Shown: in pieces, positions 15,618 through 28,181 of the stretch
Numbering within the stretch: position 1 is the stretch's first letter
Layout: the number at the start of each line of letters is the position of its first letter
Source: Chloroflexota bacterium
GTDB lineage: Bacteria > Chloroflexota > Ktedonobacteria > Ktedonobacterales > JACDGC01
NCBI GenBank assembly: GCA_021778805.1
Contig: JAJYBV010000028.1
Coordinates: 1 to 32,000, forward strand
DNA length: 32,000 nt
Direction: 5' to 3'
Program-made: the position numbers and the translations under genes
Notes under the pieces: model-generated
What the model saw: only the letters and a program-made list of their open reading frames with translations
Database searches by the model: none
What the model was told of the DNA's origin: nothing

Positions 15618-15971
15618 TCATATCTCAGAGAGAAAAATAAGGGACAATGCTGTCCATATTTCCCTGAAAGCAACGCCGCTGCAATTCTATTTAAGTTCTT
15701 GATCACTTGTTCAATGGATCTGGGCGCGTTTCACCCACACCAAGCTTTTTTTAGACCAAAATTTATCCCAATGAGCCAGCAGTTACATGTATTTGACATG
15801 TTGCGGGAATTTTGCGCCTTAAAGATTGGCATGAAATTTGCGCTACTAATGTAGCTTTTGAAGAGCGCTATATTAGTAATAGGTAGATCCGCATGAAACA
15901 CAGGCGTAAGTCTGAAAGCAGAACGATCACAGTTAGCGTCGAGCCGAAATGGCGAGAGGAGAAACTGGCGA

Positions 15972-18900
15972 ATGGCAGTTACTACTGTCTCTTTTCCCCA
16001 ACGAAAAAGTTTCTCGCGTATCCCTATGATACGAACTATGCCTAACCTTATTCAAGTGCAGTTAGACTCATTTGAATGGTTTAAGACAGAGGGACTTCGC
16101 GAACTTTTTGCTGAAATTTCACCCATCGAAGATTTTACCAACAAGAATCTCCGCCTCGATTTTATCGTTCCGGATGAACCTTTTGGCCAGCCAAAATATA
16201 GTGAGGAAGAAAGCCGCGCACGCGATGCGTCATATTCTGCGCCCCTTTATATCGATGCGCGCCTCACGAATAAAGAAACAGGCGCAATTGTAGAGAAGTC
16301 CATCTTTATGGGGGACTTCCCTCTGATGACCCGAGACGGCACTTTCGTCATCAACGGAGCCGAACGTGTGGTTGTCAGCCAGCTCGTTCGCTCTCCTGGC
16401 GTTTATTTCACCGCTGAAGAAGATGTCAACAGCGGCGCTAAGCTTTTTGCCGCTAAATTGATTCCGAACCGCGGCGCGTGGTTGGAATTCGAAACCAGTA
16501 ATCGGCATATCTTATATGTCAAAATAGATCGAAAACGTAAACTGCCTGTTACTACCTTGCTCCGCGCTATGGCAGCTATCAGCGATCGCGACCTTGGGCG
16601 GACACCATCTACCCCTCTGCTTACTTCAAATGACACGATGCTAGAGGTTTTTAAAGATGTTGATAACGGCCCGGTTTCGTATATTGCTGCTACGTTAGCA
16701 AAAGATACCTTTACTCCCGATGAGTCGCTGATAGAAGTCTATAAAAAATTGCGCCCGGGCGATCCGGCAACCGCAGATAATGCCCGCAATCTTGTCACAA
16801 ATCTGTTCTATCAGCCGCGCAGATATGATCTTGGCAATGTAGGACGCTATAAATTAAATCGCAAATTGGCGCTGAGTATCTCGCAAGCAATCCATACGCT
16901 TACGCAAGATGATATGATTGCTATCGTCAAACGGCTTATTATGCTGAATAATACCCAAGGCCGCCCGGATGATATCGACCACCTCGGCAACCGCAGGATT
17001 CGCAGCGTCGGTGAATTGATTCAGTCGCAGCTTCGTGTTGGCTTGCTTCGTATGGAACGTGTTGTAAAAGAACGCATTAGCGTAGAACAAGATCCATCCC
17101 AAGTAACTCCGGGTAAATTGATAAATATCCGCCCAATCGTTGCCGCAATGAAAGAATTTTTTGGCGGCAGCCAGCTGTCTCAGTTTATGGACCAAATTAA
17201 TCCCCTTGCGGAAATTGGCCATAAACGCCGCCTTTCTGCGCTTGGCCCCGGCGGCCTTTCACGCGACCGCGCTGGGTTTGAAGTGCGCGACGTTCACAGT
17301 TCGCACTACGGGCGAATTTGCCCTATTGAAACACCGGAAGGCCCAAACATCGGTTTGATCGGCAATATGGCGACATTTTCCCTGATCAATCGATTTGGTT
17401 TTATTGAAACTCCTTACCGCCGTGTATTCCATGAGCTGCCAAGCAACGACAGCCAATTACTAAACAGAATAATCCGTAAAGATGTCGTGGTCAATAATGC
17501 TGTTATTGCACAATCCGGGCAAACCGTTGATGATCGCGTTTTTGCCAGTCTTCAATCGTTGCCGGAGCCAATAACAGTTTCTATTCAATCATGGGTATCG
17601 AGTGTCGTTGAATATCTTACGGCAGATGAAGAAGAAGATTATGTTATTGCGCAGGCTAACGCTCCGCTGGATAGTTACAATCACCTTTTAGGTGAACGTG
17701 TAACTTGCCGGTATCATGGTGAGTTTACCGAAGAAGGCTCGCAATATGTGAATTATATGGACGTTTCTCCATCACAGATGGTAAGCGTTCCCGCAGCGCT
17801 TATTCCCTTCTTGGAACATGATGACGTGAACCGCGCGCTGATGGGCGCAAATATGCAACGGCAGGCTGTGCCACTGCTTCGCCCGCAAACTCCAATCGTG
17901 GGAACGGGTATAGAAGGGCAAGTCGCTCGCGATTCCGGCCATGTAGTCGTTTCAAAAGTAACCGGTGAAGTGGTAAGCAGCGTTTCCGATGAAGTAGTAG
18001 TGTTGGATGAAAATGGTGAGCCGCACGCACATAAATTGCGCAAATTTATTCGCTCTAACCAAGGCACGTGCATTAATCAACGGCCGATTGTGAATAAAGG
18101 CGATCATGTGAATAAAGGCGATCCCATTGCCGACAGTTCTTCTACGGAAAATGGCGAACTTGCGCTGGGCCAGAATATTTTAGTCGCGTTTATGACATGG
18201 GAAGGCGGCAATTTTGAAGACGCCATCCTCATTAGCGAACGCATTGTACGGGAAGATTATTTTACCAGCATACATATTGAAAAGCACGAAATTGAGGCGC
18301 GCGACACCAAGCTTGGCCCCGAAGAAATTACGCGGGATATTCCCAATATTGGTGAAGACGGTTTGCGCAACCTGGACGAAGATGGAATAGTGTATATCGG
18401 CGCACAGGTAGAGCCGGGTGATATTTTAGTTGGTAAAATTACTCCAAAAGGTGAAACTGAGTTAACCGCAGAGGAAAAATTGATACGGGCTATCTTTGGT
18501 GAAAAAGCCAAGGAAGTAAAAGATACTTCTTTGCGTGTGCCCCACGGTGAACACGGCAAAGTTGTGGAAATTAAACGATTTACCCGCGATAGCGGCGATG
18601 AATTGCTTCCGGGCGTTCATCAAGTCGTGCGTGTTTCCATTGCTCAGAAACGCAAAATTGGCGCCGGAGATAAAATGGCCGGACGCCACGGTAATAAAGG
18701 TGTTATTAGCCGCGTATTGCCGATTGAAGATATGCCGTATCTGCCCGATGGCACACCTGTTGATATTATTTTAAATCCGCTGGGTATTCCGCACCGTATG
18801 AATATCGGCCAGGTTATGGAAACCCATCTTGGCTGGGCTGCAGAAAAATTAGGCATTCGGGTGGCAACCCCCGTTTTTGATGGCGCATCTGAAGAAGATA

Positions 18901-19436
18901 TTGCGGATATGCTGGAAAAAGCAGGACTGCCCCGTGAAGGTAAAGTTGATTTGTATGACGGCCGCACCGGTGAGAAATTTGAAAGCAAAGTTACCGTTGG
19001 CTATAAATATATGCTGAAATTGGCCCACCTTGTGGAAGATAAAGTGCATGCGCGCTCTACCGGCCCGTATAGCTTAATTACGCAGCAGCCATTGGGTGGT
19101 AAAGCCCAGTTTGGCGGCCAGCGTTTTGGCGAAATGGAAGTGTGGGCGTTGGAAGCATATGGTGCGGCAAATATTTTGCAGGAAATTTTAACCGTAAAAT
19201 CGGATGATGTGACGGGCCGCGTGAAAACGTATGAGGCTATTGTTAAAGGCGAGCCGATAATGGAGCCGGGTGTGCCGGAATCCTTTAAAGTGCTTGTCAA
19301 CGAGCTGAAAAGTCTTGGCATAAATGTTGAAATTTTGAATGAAGATGAAGAAAAAATTCCGTTTAGCGAAGATATCAGCAACGACATTATGCCGGAATTA
19401 GGTATTAATCTTTCGGGTTTTGAAGGCGAGGGTTAA
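15972..19436 (+). CDS. rpoB: DNA-directed RNA polymerase subunit beta
   Basis: 1154 aa with conserved beta blocks ([47 protein letters not shown]). GAGAGGAG SD upstream. Confidence 0.98.
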   Translation: MAVTTVSFPQRKSFSRIPMIRTMPNLIQVQLDSFEWFKTEGLRELFAEISPIEDFTNKNLRLDFIVPDEPFGQPKYSEEESRARDASYSAPLYIDARLTNKETGAIVEKSIFMGDFPLMTRDGTFVINGAERVVVSQLVRSPGVYFTAEEDVNSGAKLFAAKLIPNRGAWLEFETSNRHILYVKIDRKRKLPVTTLLRAMAAISDRDLGRTPSTPLLTSNDTMLEVFKDVDNGPVSYIAATLAKDTFTPDESLIEVYKKLRPGDPATADNARNLVTNLFYQPRRYDLGNVGRYKLNRKLALSISQAIHTLTQDDMIAIVKRLIMLNNTQGRPDDIDHLGNRRIRSVGELIQSQLRVGLLRMERVVKERISVEQDPSQVTPGKLINIRPIVAAMKEFFGGSQLSQFMDQINPLAEIGHKRRLSALGPGGLSRDRAGFEVRDVHSSHYGRICPIETPEGPNIGLIGNMATFSLINRFGFIETPYRRVFHELPSNDSQLLNRIIRKDVVVNNAVIAQSGQTVDDRVFASLQSLPEPITVSIQSWVSSVVEYLTADEEEDYVIAQANAPLDSYNHLLGERVTCRYHGEFTEEGSQYVNYMDVSPSQMVSVPAALIPFLEHDDVNRALMGANMQRQAVPLLRPQTPIVGTGIEGQVARDSGHVVVSKVTGEVVSSVSDEVVVLDENGEPHAHKLRKFIRSNQGTCINQRPIVNKGDHVNKGDPIADSSSTENGELALGQNILVAFMTWEGGNFEDAILISERIVREDYFTSIHIEKHEIEARDTKLGPEEITRDIPNIGEDGLRNLDEDGIVYIGAQVEPGDILVGKITPKGETELTAEEKLIRAIFGEKAKEVKDTSLRVPHGEHGKVVEIKRFTRDSGDELLPGVHQVVRVSIAQKRKIGAGDKMAGRHGNKGVISRVLPIEDMPYLPDGTPVDIILNPLGIPHRMNIGQVMETHLGWAAEKLGIRVATPVFDGASEEDIADMLEKAGLPREGKVDLYDGRTGEKFESKVTVGYKYMLKLAHLVEDKVHARSTGPYSLITQQPLGGKAQFGGQRFGEMEVWALEAYGAANILQEILTVKSDDVTGRVKTYEAIVKGEPIMEPGVPESFKVLVNELKSLGINVEILNEDEEKIPFSEDISNDIMPELGINLSGFEGEG

Positions 19437-19443
19437 CAACATT

Positions 19444-22400
19444 ATGCTTGAAGTGAATAATTTCAATGCAATTCGGGTGAATTTGGCAAGCCCGGAGCAA
19501 ATTCTTAGCTGGAGCTTCGGTGAAGTTACCAAGCCGGAAACCATTAATTACCGCACTCTCCGCCCCGAAAAAGACGGATTGTTTTGTGAAAAGATTTTTG
19601 GGCCGCAGCGAGACTGGGAATGCGCATGCGGTAAATATAAACGAGTTAAGTATAAAGGCATCGTATGCGATAAATGCGGCGTGCAAGTAACAAAATCGCG
19701 CGTGCGCCGCGAAAATATGGGCCATATTGAACTCGCCTCGCCGGTAAGCCATATTTGGTACTTTAAAGGTACACCCAGCAGAATCGGCCTGATTTTGGAT
19801 GTTTCTCCAAGAAATTTGGAGCGCGTTCTGTACTTTGCGATGTATATCATCACCAAAATTGATGAAGAAAAACGCAAAGATGCCTTGGAACATATCCAAG
19901 AGCGGATTGAAGAAGAAATCCAGATGATGGAAAGCGACACTGCGGAACGCATTCGCGCAAACGAAGCCCGCAGAGACCGCCAAATTAATGAACTGGAAGA
20001 AAAATATAACCGCACATCCGAAGATTTAAAGGCCAGCCGCGACGAAGATTTTACGCAGATTAAAGAACTGGAAACAGAACTTCGGAAAATGCTGCAAGGA
20101 TCTAAAGATCTGGTTTTGCTGGAAGATGTGGTTTTTAAAGCGACCGGGGATGTTATTGCCCGCGCCGGTGAATTACCCACAGAAGCTATGCTTGCCCGGC
20201 TGCATGAATTAGCCGTAGAGGCTCGGGAAGGCGTAGATCAAAGCTATCGCGAAAGTCTTCACGAGGCAAAGCATACACTGGATACATCACGGCAGCGTTT
20301 AATAAAAAGTTCTGACGATGAAATTCAGAACTTGCAAAACCAAACACGAACCAAAAGCGAATCGGTTCGTGGCGATGTTGATAAACGCCGGCGTGAGTTG
20401 GAATCTTTAAAGAAAAAAGATTTGCTTTCAGAACAACAATATCGCGAAATGCGCGATCGCTACGAAGGTGTTTTTGAAGCGGGCATGGGCGCAGAAGCAA
20501 TTCTTGCGCTTTTGAAAGAGATCGATTTGAATGAAGAATCGGTTAAAATGCGCCATGAAATAAACACGACAACCAGCATTCAACGCAAAAAGAAATCCAT
20601 GAAACGGCTGAATATTATTGAAGCGTTTCGCAAATCGAATAATAAGCCTGAATGGATGATTCTTTCGGTTATGCCGGTGTTGCCGCCGGATCTGCGCCCA
20701 ATGGTGCAATTAGATGGCGGCCGCTTCGCTACATCCGATTTAAACGATCTCTACCGCAGAGTTATCAACCGGAATAATCGGTTGAAAAAATTGCTGGATC
20801 TCGGCGCGCCGGAAATTATTATTCGCAACGAAAAACGCATGCTGCAAGAAGCTTGCGATGCGCTGATAGATAACGGCCGTCGCGGCCGCGCGGTTTCCGG
20901 TTCCGCAAACCATAAATTAAAAAGCCTTTCGGATATGCTGAAAGGAAAGCAGGGCCGTTTCCGTCAGAATTTGCTGGGTAAACGTGTTGATTATTCCGGT
21001 CGATCCGTTATTGTTGTTGGACCCAACCTGAAATTAAATCAGTGCGGATTGCCGAAGAAAATGGCGCTGGAATTATTTAAACCGTTTGTGATGCGCAAAC
21101 TTGTTGAAAAACATCACGCGCATAATATCAAAAGCGCTAAACGTTTCGTAGAACGCATGCGCCCCCAGGTTTGGGATGTGCTGGAAAGCGTTATTCAAAA
21201 CCATCCGGTTTTGTTGAATCGCGCGCCAACTTTGCACCGGCTAAGTATCCAAGCTTTTGAAGTAGTGCTGGTAGAAGGCAGCGCAATTCAACTGCATCCG
21301 CTGGTGTGCTCTGCGTTTAACGCCGACTTCGATGGCGACCAAATGGCCGTTCACGTGCCTTTGTCGGAAAACGCGCAAGAAGAAGCTCGCACGCTGATGC
21401 TTTCATCGCGGAATATTCTGCAGCCGGCAACCGGCGACCCTTCAATTGGGCCATCGCAAGAAATGGTTTTGGGGTGCTATTACTTAACAATGGCGCGTCC
21501 CGGCGCAATAGGCGAAGGCAGAATATTTTCCAGCGGCAACGAAGCTATGCTTGCCTATGAAAATAAACAGATTACGTTGCAGTCTAAAGTAAAAATTTAT
21601 ATTACCAGCGAAGAAGATGAAATATCTGTCCGCGAATTGGATGATGAAGGCAAAGAAGAACGAGTGGCGCGTGTTATTCCGCCTCATTCCGGCGCTTTGG
21701 TAGACACTACCGTTGGCAGATTTATTTTTAACGACGCTTTGCCGGAAAAATTGCGTTATAAAAATTACGCAATGAAAAAAGAGTTTCTGAAAATGCTCGT
21801 TGGTGAATGCTTCCGCGTATACGGCCGCGATACAACCGCGGAACTGGGCGATATCATTAAAGATGTCGGTTTCCGCTACGCTACCCGCGGTGGAATCAGC
21901 ATTTCTATCAGCGACGCGCAGGAACCGGGTGATCGCGCAACGATATTAGCCGCCGCGGAAAACGAAGTTACTGCGGTGGAAGAACAATACCACGATGGAT
22001 TAATTACTGAACAGGAACGCTATAAACAAAAAGTTGCCCTGTGGACGGAAGCAACCAAAAAAGTTGAAGCGTCTGTGAAAAAGGTGCTTGATCCGTTCGG
22101 CTCAATTGCAACAATTTCCGATTCCGGTGCCACAAAGGCGAAATTGCAGCAGATTCGACAGCTTTCGGGTATGCGCGGTTTAATGGCCGACCCTTCCGGG
22201 CGTATTATTGACGTGCCAATTCGTGGCAATTTCCGTCAGGGTCTTACCGTTATTGAGTATTTCATCAGCAGTCACGGCGCCCGAAAGGGTCTTGCCGATA
22301 CCGCGCTTCGAACCGCAGAGTCGGGCTACCTAACCCGGCGGTTGATTGATGTTGCTCAAGATGTCATTGTAAACTTGGAAGATTGCGGCACAAAAGAAGG

Positions 22401-23772
22401 CATTTATATTACGAAATCTGACAGCGACGCAATGCAAACCCCCATGCGCAACAGGCTGACGGGGCGCATATTAGCTGCGGATATAGAATTGCCCTCGGGT
22501 GTTACATTTGCCACCGGCACAGAACTGGATGAAAAAAGTATTGCCGCGATTATTGGCGCCGGCGTTACAGAAGTATATGTGCGCTCGGTTTTACAATGCC
22601 AAGCCACCCACGGCATTTGCCGAATGTGCTACGGGCGTAATTTGGCAAACGGCAAATTAGCTGAAATCGGCGATGCGGTTGGCATTATTGCCGCGCAGTC
22701 CATCGGCGAACCTGGCACACAGTTAACTATGAGAACCTTCCACACCGGCGGTATCGCCGGCGCGCAAGAAGATATTACTCAGGGTTTGCCGCGTGTTGAA
22801 GAACTGTTTGAAGCGCGTGTGCCGAAAGATAAGGCGATCATCAGTGAAATTGACGGCGAATTGGAGCTGATTATAGACGAACAAGGTATGCGGCATATCA
22901 AAATTTTGAATGTGCAGAACTTGTTTGATGAATATTTGTTGCCGGCTAACGCGACGGTGGCAGTTGCTGACGATCAGTTTGTGCACAAAGACCAAGTGAT
23001 TGCAACTGCGCCAAATGGCGCGGAAGTGTTAGCTCGTGTCAGCGGTCAGCTGTTTATTAACTCAGTAAGCAAGGTTTCTATTCGCTTTGAACAGCGTGAT
23101 GAAAAAACGTATGATATTCTGCCCGGCCTGGCCATTGCAAACGATCCAGCGAGTAAAACAATGCTGGCAAACGGCGCGCATATTCACGCAGGACAGGAAT
23201 TGACCAAAGGGTTAGTCGATCCTCAAGATGTTTTACGTATTTCCGGAAGAGACGCAGTTCATATATTCTTAGTAAGTGAAGTGCAGAAGGTCTATCGAAC
23301 AACCGGTGTGCAAATTAATGATAAGCATATCGAGATTATTGTGCGCCAAATGCTTCGCAGAGTGCGCATTGATGATCCCGGTGACACTGATTTGCTGCCC
23401 GGTGATTTGGAAGATCGGTTTACGTTTGTTGAAACAAACAATCGGGTAATAGCCGAAGGCGGCGAGCCTGCCACTGCGCAAACGGTTTTACTTGGGGTAA
23501 CAAAAGCTTCGCTGAATACGGAAAGCTTCCTTTCCGCGGCGTCGTTCCAAGAAACAACCAGGGTATTGACCGAAGCTTCAATTTCCGGGGCAGTAGATCA
23601 TCTGGTCGGATTAAAAGAGAATGTCATTATTGGCAAACTGATACCGGCTGGAACTGGATTTTTGCAAAGGCAAAAGCAAGCCGTTGAAAGCAGAGAAACT
23701 GAGTATCTGCCGGATGTGGATCGATCGAACAACGCCTTAATCTACGGTGTTATGGATTCCTATGACGAGTAG
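19444..23772 (+). CDS. rpoC: DNA-directed RNA polymerase subunit beta-prime
   Basis: Zn finger CACGKYK...CDKCGV, catalytic [12 protein letters not shown], and trigger-loop/bridge-helix blocks. The ATG at 19444 is preferred over the TTG at 19420, which overlaps rpoB. GAAGGCGAGGG lies upstream. Confidence 0.97.
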   Translation: MLEVNNFNAIRVNLASPEQILSWSFGEVTKPETINYRTLRPEKDGLFCEKIFGPQRDWECACGKYKRVKYKGIVCDKCGVQVTKSRVRRENMGHIELASPVSHIWYFKGTPSRIGLILDVSPRNLERVLYFAMYIITKIDEEKRKDALEHIQERIEEEIQMMESDTAERIRANEARRDRQINELEEKYNRTSEDLKASRDEDFTQIKELETELRKMLQGSKDLVLLEDVVFKATGDVIARAGELPTEAMLARLHELAVEAREGVDQSYRESLHEAKHTLDTSRQRLIKSSDDEIQNLQNQTRTKSESVRGDVDKRRRELESLKKKDLLSEQQYREMRDRYEGVFEAGMGAEAILALLKEIDLNEESVKMRHEINTTTSIQRKKKSMKRLNIIEAFRKSNNKPEWMILSVMPVLPPDLRPMVQLDGGRFATSDLNDLYRRVINRNNRLKKLLDLGAPEIIIRNEKRMLQEACDALIDNGRRGRAVSGSANHKLKSLSDMLKGKQGRFRQNLLGKRVDYSGRSVIVVGPNLKLNQCGLPKKMALELFKPFVMRKLVEKHHAHNIKSAKRFVERMRPQVWDVLESVIQNHPVLLNRAPTLHRLSIQAFEVVLVEGSAIQLHPLVCSAFNADFDGDQMAVHVPLSENAQEEARTLMLSSRNILQPATGDPSIGPSQEMVLGCYYLTMARPGAIGEGRIFSSGNEAMLAYENKQITLQSKVKIYITSEEDEISVRELDDEGKEERVARVIPPHSGALVDTTVGRFIFNDALPEKLRYKNYAMKKEFLKMLVGECFRVYGRDTTAELGDIIKDVGFRYATRGGISISISDAQEPGDRATILAAAENEVTAVEEQYHDGLITEQERYKQKVALWTEATKKVEASVKKVLDPFGSIATISDSGATKAKLQQIRQLSGMRGLMADPSGRIIDVPIRGNFRQGLTVIEYFISSHGARKGLADTALRTAESGYLTRRLIDVAQDVIVNLEDCGTKEGIYITKSDSDAMQTPMRNRLTGRILAADIELPSGVTFATGTELDEKSIAAIIGAGVTEVYVRSVLQCQATHGICRMCYGRNLANGKLAEIGDAVGIIAAQSIGEPGTQLTMRTFHTGGIAGAQEDITQGLPRVEELFEARVPKDKAIISEIDGELELIIDEQGMRHIKILNVQNLFDEYLLPANATVAVADDQFVHKDQVIATAPNGAEVLARVSGQLFINSVSKVSIRFEQRDEKTYDILPGLAIANDPASKTMLANGAHIHAGQELTKGLVDPQDVLRISGRDAVHIFLVSEVQKVYRTTGVQINDKHIEIIVRQMLRRVRIDDPGDTDLLPGDLEDRFTFVETNNRVIAEGGEPATAQTVLLGVTKASLNTESFLSAASFQETTRVLTEASISGAVDHLVGLKENVIIGKLIPAGTGFLQRQKQAVESRETEYLPDVDRSNNALIYGVMDSYDE

Positions 23773-23802
23773 ATGATGTATTAAGCGCAGTAACACGAGA
23801 AT

Positions 23803-23848
23803 CTAGAATGTTTGTTTTGTAAGAGCAGACATTCTGGATTTTTTGTTT
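23803..23848 (+). terminator. Rho-independent terminator of rpoBC
   Basis: CTAGAATGT / ACATTCTGG stem (9 bp, one G-U), a 17-nt loop, then ATTTTTTGTTT. Confidence 0.7.
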
Positions 23849-24143
23849 ATAGCAGGAAAATTTGAATTTTGACTATAATTATTGTGTTAAGCATAAAAAA
23901 TGCGTTAGAATAGAAGCATACTAGATTTTAGGCGATTGGCAGGTAGCTTCTTGTTAATAGGCGCCTATATTGTGATACACTGTTAACAATGGATTTTTTA
24001 AATGTGCAACTGACACATTAGCCAGGGGTAAATGGATGGAAATGGTTTTACATATTTTCTCCACTATCCAAACCTAGTCTCGTTTAACCTGGGTGGACAG
24101 TGAGTCTGATCCTCCCTCAGCCTTGAAAGGGGGACTACAACAG

Positions 24144-26639
24144 GTGGGTAACGAAGAACGTTTTACGAAATTTACAGATCGCGCAAGAAAAGTTTTAACA
24201 CTTGCGCAAGAAGAAGCACAGCGCTTTAATCATAACTACATTGGCACGGAACATTTGCTTCTGGGGCTTGTGCGGGAAGGGGAAAGCGTTGCTGCGCAGG
24301 TGCTCAACACGTTAGGTGTTGAACTGAATAAGGTGCGAAGCGCAGTCGAGTTTATTATTGGCAGAGGAGATCGATTGGTTGTTGGCGAAATTGGATTAAC
24401 ACCACGCGCCAAAAAAGTCATCGAATTGGCTGTAGATGAAGCTCGCAGACTGAGTCACCATTATGTAGGAACAGAACATTTACTGCTCGGCCTGGTTCGC
24501 GAAGGTGAGGGAATCGCCGCCGGAGTGCTGGAAAGTTTGGGTGTTAACCTGGAAAAGGTTCGCACCACAACAATTCAAATTCTGCAGGCAAATAAAGGCG
24601 AAACCCCGCGCAGCGCTAAAGAAGAGCGCCATACCAAAACACCGACTATCGATTCCATGGGAACCGACTTAACAGCGGCAGCCCGACTTGGAAAACTCGA
24701 TCCGGTTATTGGCCGCGACCAGGAAATAGAGCGTGTAATTCAGATATTATCCCGCCGCACCAAAAATAATCCGGCTCTCATCGGTGAACCGGGTGTTGGC
24801 AAAACCGCAATTGTTGAAGGACTGGCCCAACGAATTATTCAAGGAAATGTGCCCGAAACTATTGCGAATAAACGTCTGGTGACGCTGGATGTCGGTTCCT
24901 TAGTTGCCGGCACCAAATATCGCGGAGAATTTGAAGAGCGATTAAAAAAGATTATTGAGGAAATTCGCAACAGCGGCGATTGCATCATCTTTATTGATGA
25001 AGTGCATACGCTTGTTGGGGCCGGCGCCGCTGAAGGAGCCGTAGACGCCGCTAATATTCTGAAACCATCGCTTGCCAGAGGCGAACTCCAGTGCATTGGC
25101 GCCACTACTTTGGATGAGTACCGAAAATATATTGAACGGGACGTTGCGTTACAACGCAGGTTCCAGGAAGTGATTGTTCGGGAACCCAATGTGGATGAAA
25201 GCATTGAGATTTTGAAAGGATTGCGCGAACGCTATGAACAGCACCACCGCTTGAAAATCAGCGATGAAGCCCTGAAAGCGTCGGTTATTCTCTCAAATAG
25301 ATATATCACTGATCGATCTTTGCCCGATAAAGCCATCGATTTAGTTGACGAAGCCTCCAGCCGTGTTCGCATGCAATTTTCATCTGCTCCTTTAACTTTG
25401 AAGGAGAAAATGAAAGCGCTGGAAACTGTTCTGCGCAATAAAGAAGACGCTATTAAAACCGGTGACTATGAAACCGCCGCCAAAGCGCGGGAACGCGAAA
25501 TTGTGCTGCGAACACATATCACTGAATTAGAAAATGGCTGGCAGCGCGATCAAGATAAAGATACTCCGGTGGTTACCGCCGAAGATATCGCCGCCATCGT
25601 TTCTATGTGGACCGGTATTCCAGTGAAAGCCGTCGATCAAGATGAATCGACTCGACTGCTTGGTATGGAATCGGCGCTGCATAAGCGTGTTATTGGCCAA
25701 AATGACGCCATTGAAACCGTCAGTAAGGCAGTGCGCAGAGCGCGGGCCGGCATTAAAGATGTGAAACGGCCGATTGGTTCGTTCATGTTTATGGGGCCGA
25801 CCGGTGTTGGTAAAACGGAATTGGCAAAAGCTTTGGCCGAGTTTATGTTCGGCAGTGAAGAGTCGCTGATTAAAATCGATATGTCGGAATTTATGGAACG
25901 GCACGCTGCCGCAAGGTTGGTTGGCGCTCCTCCGGGATATGTCGGTTATGAAGATGGCGGCCAACTGACTGAAGCAGTGCGACGCAAAAGCTATTCGGTG
26001 ATTTTGCTGGATGAAATTGAGAAGGCGCATCCGGATGTGTTTAACATGCTGCTGCAAATTCTTGAAGATGGCAAATTGACCGACGCTAAAGGCCGTGTGG
26101 TTGATTTCCGCAATACCATCATTATTATGACTTCAAATGTTGGCGCAACTCAAATGAGCAAAGGCGCGATTTCTTTTACGCATGGGCAGAATAACACCAA
26201 AATTCAAGCCGATTATGATGCTATGAAAGATCGCGTTACCGATGAGTTGAAGAAAACATTTAAACCTGAATTTTTAAATCGTATCGATTCCACTGTTGTG
26301 TTCCATCAGTTAACTATGGACGATATGATGAATATTGTTGATTTGCTGCTGAACCGCGTCATTCAACAGTTAAAAGATCAAGATTTTATTCTTCAGGTAT
26401 CCGATGAGGCAAAAGAATTTTTGGTGAATAAGGGCTTCGATCCGCAATATGGCGCCCGGCCGCTGCGCCGAACCATACAGAATATGGTTGAAGATCCTTT
26501 AGCCGAATCGATATTACGCGGAAGTTTCCGCGGATATAAACAAATTCGCTTATTCTTACGAGATAATGAGCTGGTGTTTGAGCCATTGACTGAAGTTGAC
26601 TCTTTGCCACCTGAATCTTTGCCTAGCGGAGACGCTTAA
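24144..26639 (+). CDS. clpC: ATP-dependent Clp protease ATP-binding subunit ClpC
   Basis: Two Clp_N repeats ([16 protein letters not shown] twice), Walker A GEPGVGKT and GPTGVGKT, and a UVR-like linker. The GTG at 24144 is preferred because AAAGGGGGA lies 9 nt upstream and the product then starts ...[15 protein letters not shown] like other ClpC proteins. Confidence 0.93.
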   Translation: MGNEERFTKFTDRARKVLTLAQEEAQRFNHNYIGTEHLLLGLVREGESVAAQVLNTLGVELNKVRSAVEFIIGRGDRLVVGEIGLTPRAKKVIELAVDEARRLSHHYVGTEHLLLGLVREGEGIAAGVLESLGVNLEKVRTTTIQILQANKGETPRSAKEERHTKTPTIDSMGTDLTAAARLGKLDPVIGRDQEIERVIQILSRRTKNNPALIGEPGVGKTAIVEGLAQRIIQGNVPETIANKRLVTLDVGSLVAGTKYRGEFEERLKKIIEEIRNSGDCIIFIDEVHTLVGAGAAEGAVDAANILKPSLARGELQCIGATTLDEYRKYIERDVALQRRFQEVIVREPNVDESIEILKGLRERYEQHHRLKISDEALKASVILSNRYITDRSLPDKAIDLVDEASSRVRMQFSSAPLTLKEKMKALETVLRNKEDAIKTGDYETAAKAREREIVLRTHITELENGWQRDQDKDTPVVTAEDIAAIVSMWTGIPVKAVDQDESTRLLGMESALHKRVIGQNDAIETVSKAVRRARAGIKDVKRPIGSFMFMGPTGVGKTELAKALAEFMFGSEESLIKIDMSEFMERHAAARLVGAPPGYVGYEDGGQLTEAVRRKSYSVILLDEIEKAHPDVFNMLLQILEDGKLTDAKGRVVDFRNTIIIMTSNVGATQMSKGAISFTHGQNNTKIQADYDAMKDRVTDELKKTFKPEFLNRIDSTVVFHQLTMDDMMNIVDLLLNRVIQQLKDQDFILQVSDEAKEFLVNKGFDPQYGARPLRRTIQNMVEDPLAESILRGSFRGYKQIRLFLRDNELVFEPLTEVDSLPPESLPSGDA

Positions 26640-26683
26640 TCTGCTCGCTTTCGTTTTTCCAAAGCGAAAGCGTCAGTAAAAAA

Positions 26684-26765
26684 CCTAAACTGCTGCAACG
26701 CGCCTTGCAAACTGTATCTGCAGTTTTATACGAAGCTTTTGCAGCGGTTTAGGCTACTTTTGTTG
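26684..26765 (+). terminator. Long-stem terminator-like structure after clpC
   Basis: CCTAAACTGCTGCAA (26684..26698) pairs with TTGCAGCGGTTTAGG (26739..26753): 15 bp with one G-U, followed by CTACTTTTGTTG. The large 40-nt loop itself contains AAACTG/CAGTTT. Confidence 0.45.
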
Positions 26766-26807
26766 ATTCTGAACATCAATGTATTTTTATGAAGCGGCTG
26801 ATGATCC

Positions 26808-28181
26808 ATGCCTAAATCATATTTGCTTTATGTGTGCCGTGAATGCGGCGCGCAATCCGCAAAATTTGGCGGCAGATGTCATGAATGCGGCGCTTGGAAT
26901 AGTTTAGACCAAATTGAAGCGCGTCCGCAATCGGGCAGCTCTGCTGCGCATAAACCTGTTACTGCCGATGCTGCTGCGCTGTTAAGTGAAATTCGGTCAG
27001 ATTTTGGCGTAAAAATTTCCTGCGGTATTCATGAAGCTGATCGCGCTTTAGGCGGAGGCATAACCCAAGGCTCTATTATTTTGCTTGGCGGCGAGCCGGG
27101 AATTGGCAAATCAACATTGCTGCTGCAAATAGCGGCAAAAATTGGTGTGTCTTCGCAACCGGTTTTATATATTTCCGCAGAAGAATCGCGAGAGCAAATT
27201 AAAATCCGCGCAAATCGGCTTGGTGTCACTGGGGATACAATAAAGGTCGCGTCTTTAACTTCAGTAGAATCAATAATTGAGTTAGCTGAAAAGACGAAAC
27301 CACCTTTGCTGATTGTTGACTCTATTCAAACGATTTTGACGGATTCACAACAATCTGCGCCCGGATCAATCAGCCAAGTTCGCGAATGCGGCTTGAAATT
27401 GATGCGATTGGCAAAAGACGCAAACATCGCCGTCATTCTTGTTGGGCATGTTACTAAGGATGGTGTTGTTGCCGGCCCCAGAGCGCTGGAGCATATGGTA
27501 GATGTTGTGCTGTATTTGGAAGGATCGCGCTTTCAAAATCATCGCCTGCTGCGTTCAGTTAAGAATCGCTTCGGGCAAATTGATCTAGGTGTTTTTGAAA
27601 TGCAGGCTTCGGGTCTGATGGAAGTGGAAGACCCCAGCAATATTTTTTTATCTGCTAAAGGAATGCATGTGGCAGGTTCGGCAATTACTTGCTGTATTGA
27701 AGGATCACGACCGCTTCTTATTGAAATCCAGGCGCTTGCTTCAACATCTGCATATGGATCACCGACACGAACGGCTATGGGAATCGATCATACACGTGTA
27801 GTTATGCTTATCGCAATATTATCAAAACGAATGGGTTTGCGGTTGCACCAGCATGATGTATATGTAAACATCGCCGGAGGAATCGAGTTAGAAGAAACTG
27901 CGTGTGATACTGCCATTGCGGCGGCTATTGCCTCCAGCGCGCTAGATCGCCAGATTGGCCCTAATATTGCGTTATTTGGCGAAGTAGGTCTTGGCGGCGA
28001 GCTTCGGCCTATTACAAACGCCGAAATGCGCATAAAAGAGGCGGCGCGGCTTGGTTTTACGGAATGCGTGATACCAACCGGGCAGTTTGGCGTATTTGAT
28101 TATCCGGAAATGCGTATTCATAAAGCGGAAAAAATTGCCGACGCCATTGAAATTGCGCTGGGAACTTCGCCGCCGCGCTAA
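26808..28181 (+). CDS. radA: DNA repair protein RadA/Sms
   Basis: N-terminal Zn ribbon CRECG...CHECG, Walker A GEPGIGKST, the KNRFG motif and a Lon-like C-terminal domain. Confidence 0.95.
   Translation: MPKSYLLYVCRECGAQSAKFGGRCHECGAWNSLDQIEARPQSGSSAAHKPVTADAAALLSEIRSDFGVKISCGIHEADRALGGGITQGSIILLGGEPGIGKSTLLLQIAAKIGVSSQPVLYISAEESREQIKIRANRLGVTGDTIKVASLTSVESIIELAEKTKPPLLIVDSIQTILTDSQQSAPGSISQVRECGLKLMRLAKDANIAVILVGHVTKDGVVAGPRALEHMVDVVLYLEGSRFQNHRLLRSVKNRFGQIDLGVFEMQASGLMEVEDPSNIFLSAKGMHVAGSAITCCIEGSRPLLIEIQALASTSAYGSPTRTAMGIDHTRVVMLIAILSKRMGLRLHQHDVYVNIAGGIELEETACDTAIAAAIASSALDRQIGPNIALFGEVGLGGELRPITNAEMRIKEAARLGFTECVIPTGQFGVFDYPEMRIHKAEKIADAIEIALGTSPPR

Noticed and set aside
15262-15854. 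ORFs 15262..15621(-) and 15552..15854(+) in the rplS/rpoB gap.
   Set aside because: They overlap the promoters and the rplS start, have atypical Cys/His/Phe-rich composition, and lack convincing SDs.
19420-19443. TTG start of rpoC overlapping the end of rpoB.
   Set aside because: The ATG at 19444 yields the canonical MLEVNNF...IRV/LASPE beta-prime N-terminus and follows a purine-rich SD.
16072-23481. Numerous 60-210-aa ORFs antisense to or out of frame within rpoB/rpoC (for example 19405..19983 and 19548..20180). Similar ORFs occur inside lon, clpC (25527..26057), radA, the amidohydrolases and the ABC genes.
   Set aside because: These are shadow ORFs inside strongly supported conserved CDSs. 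They have low-complexity or Arg/Ser-rich composition and no independent signals.
24093-24143. 17-codon N-terminal extension of ClpC.
   Set aside because: No SD is present. The GTG at 24144 is preceded by AAAGGGGGA and gives a ClpC-like N-terminus.
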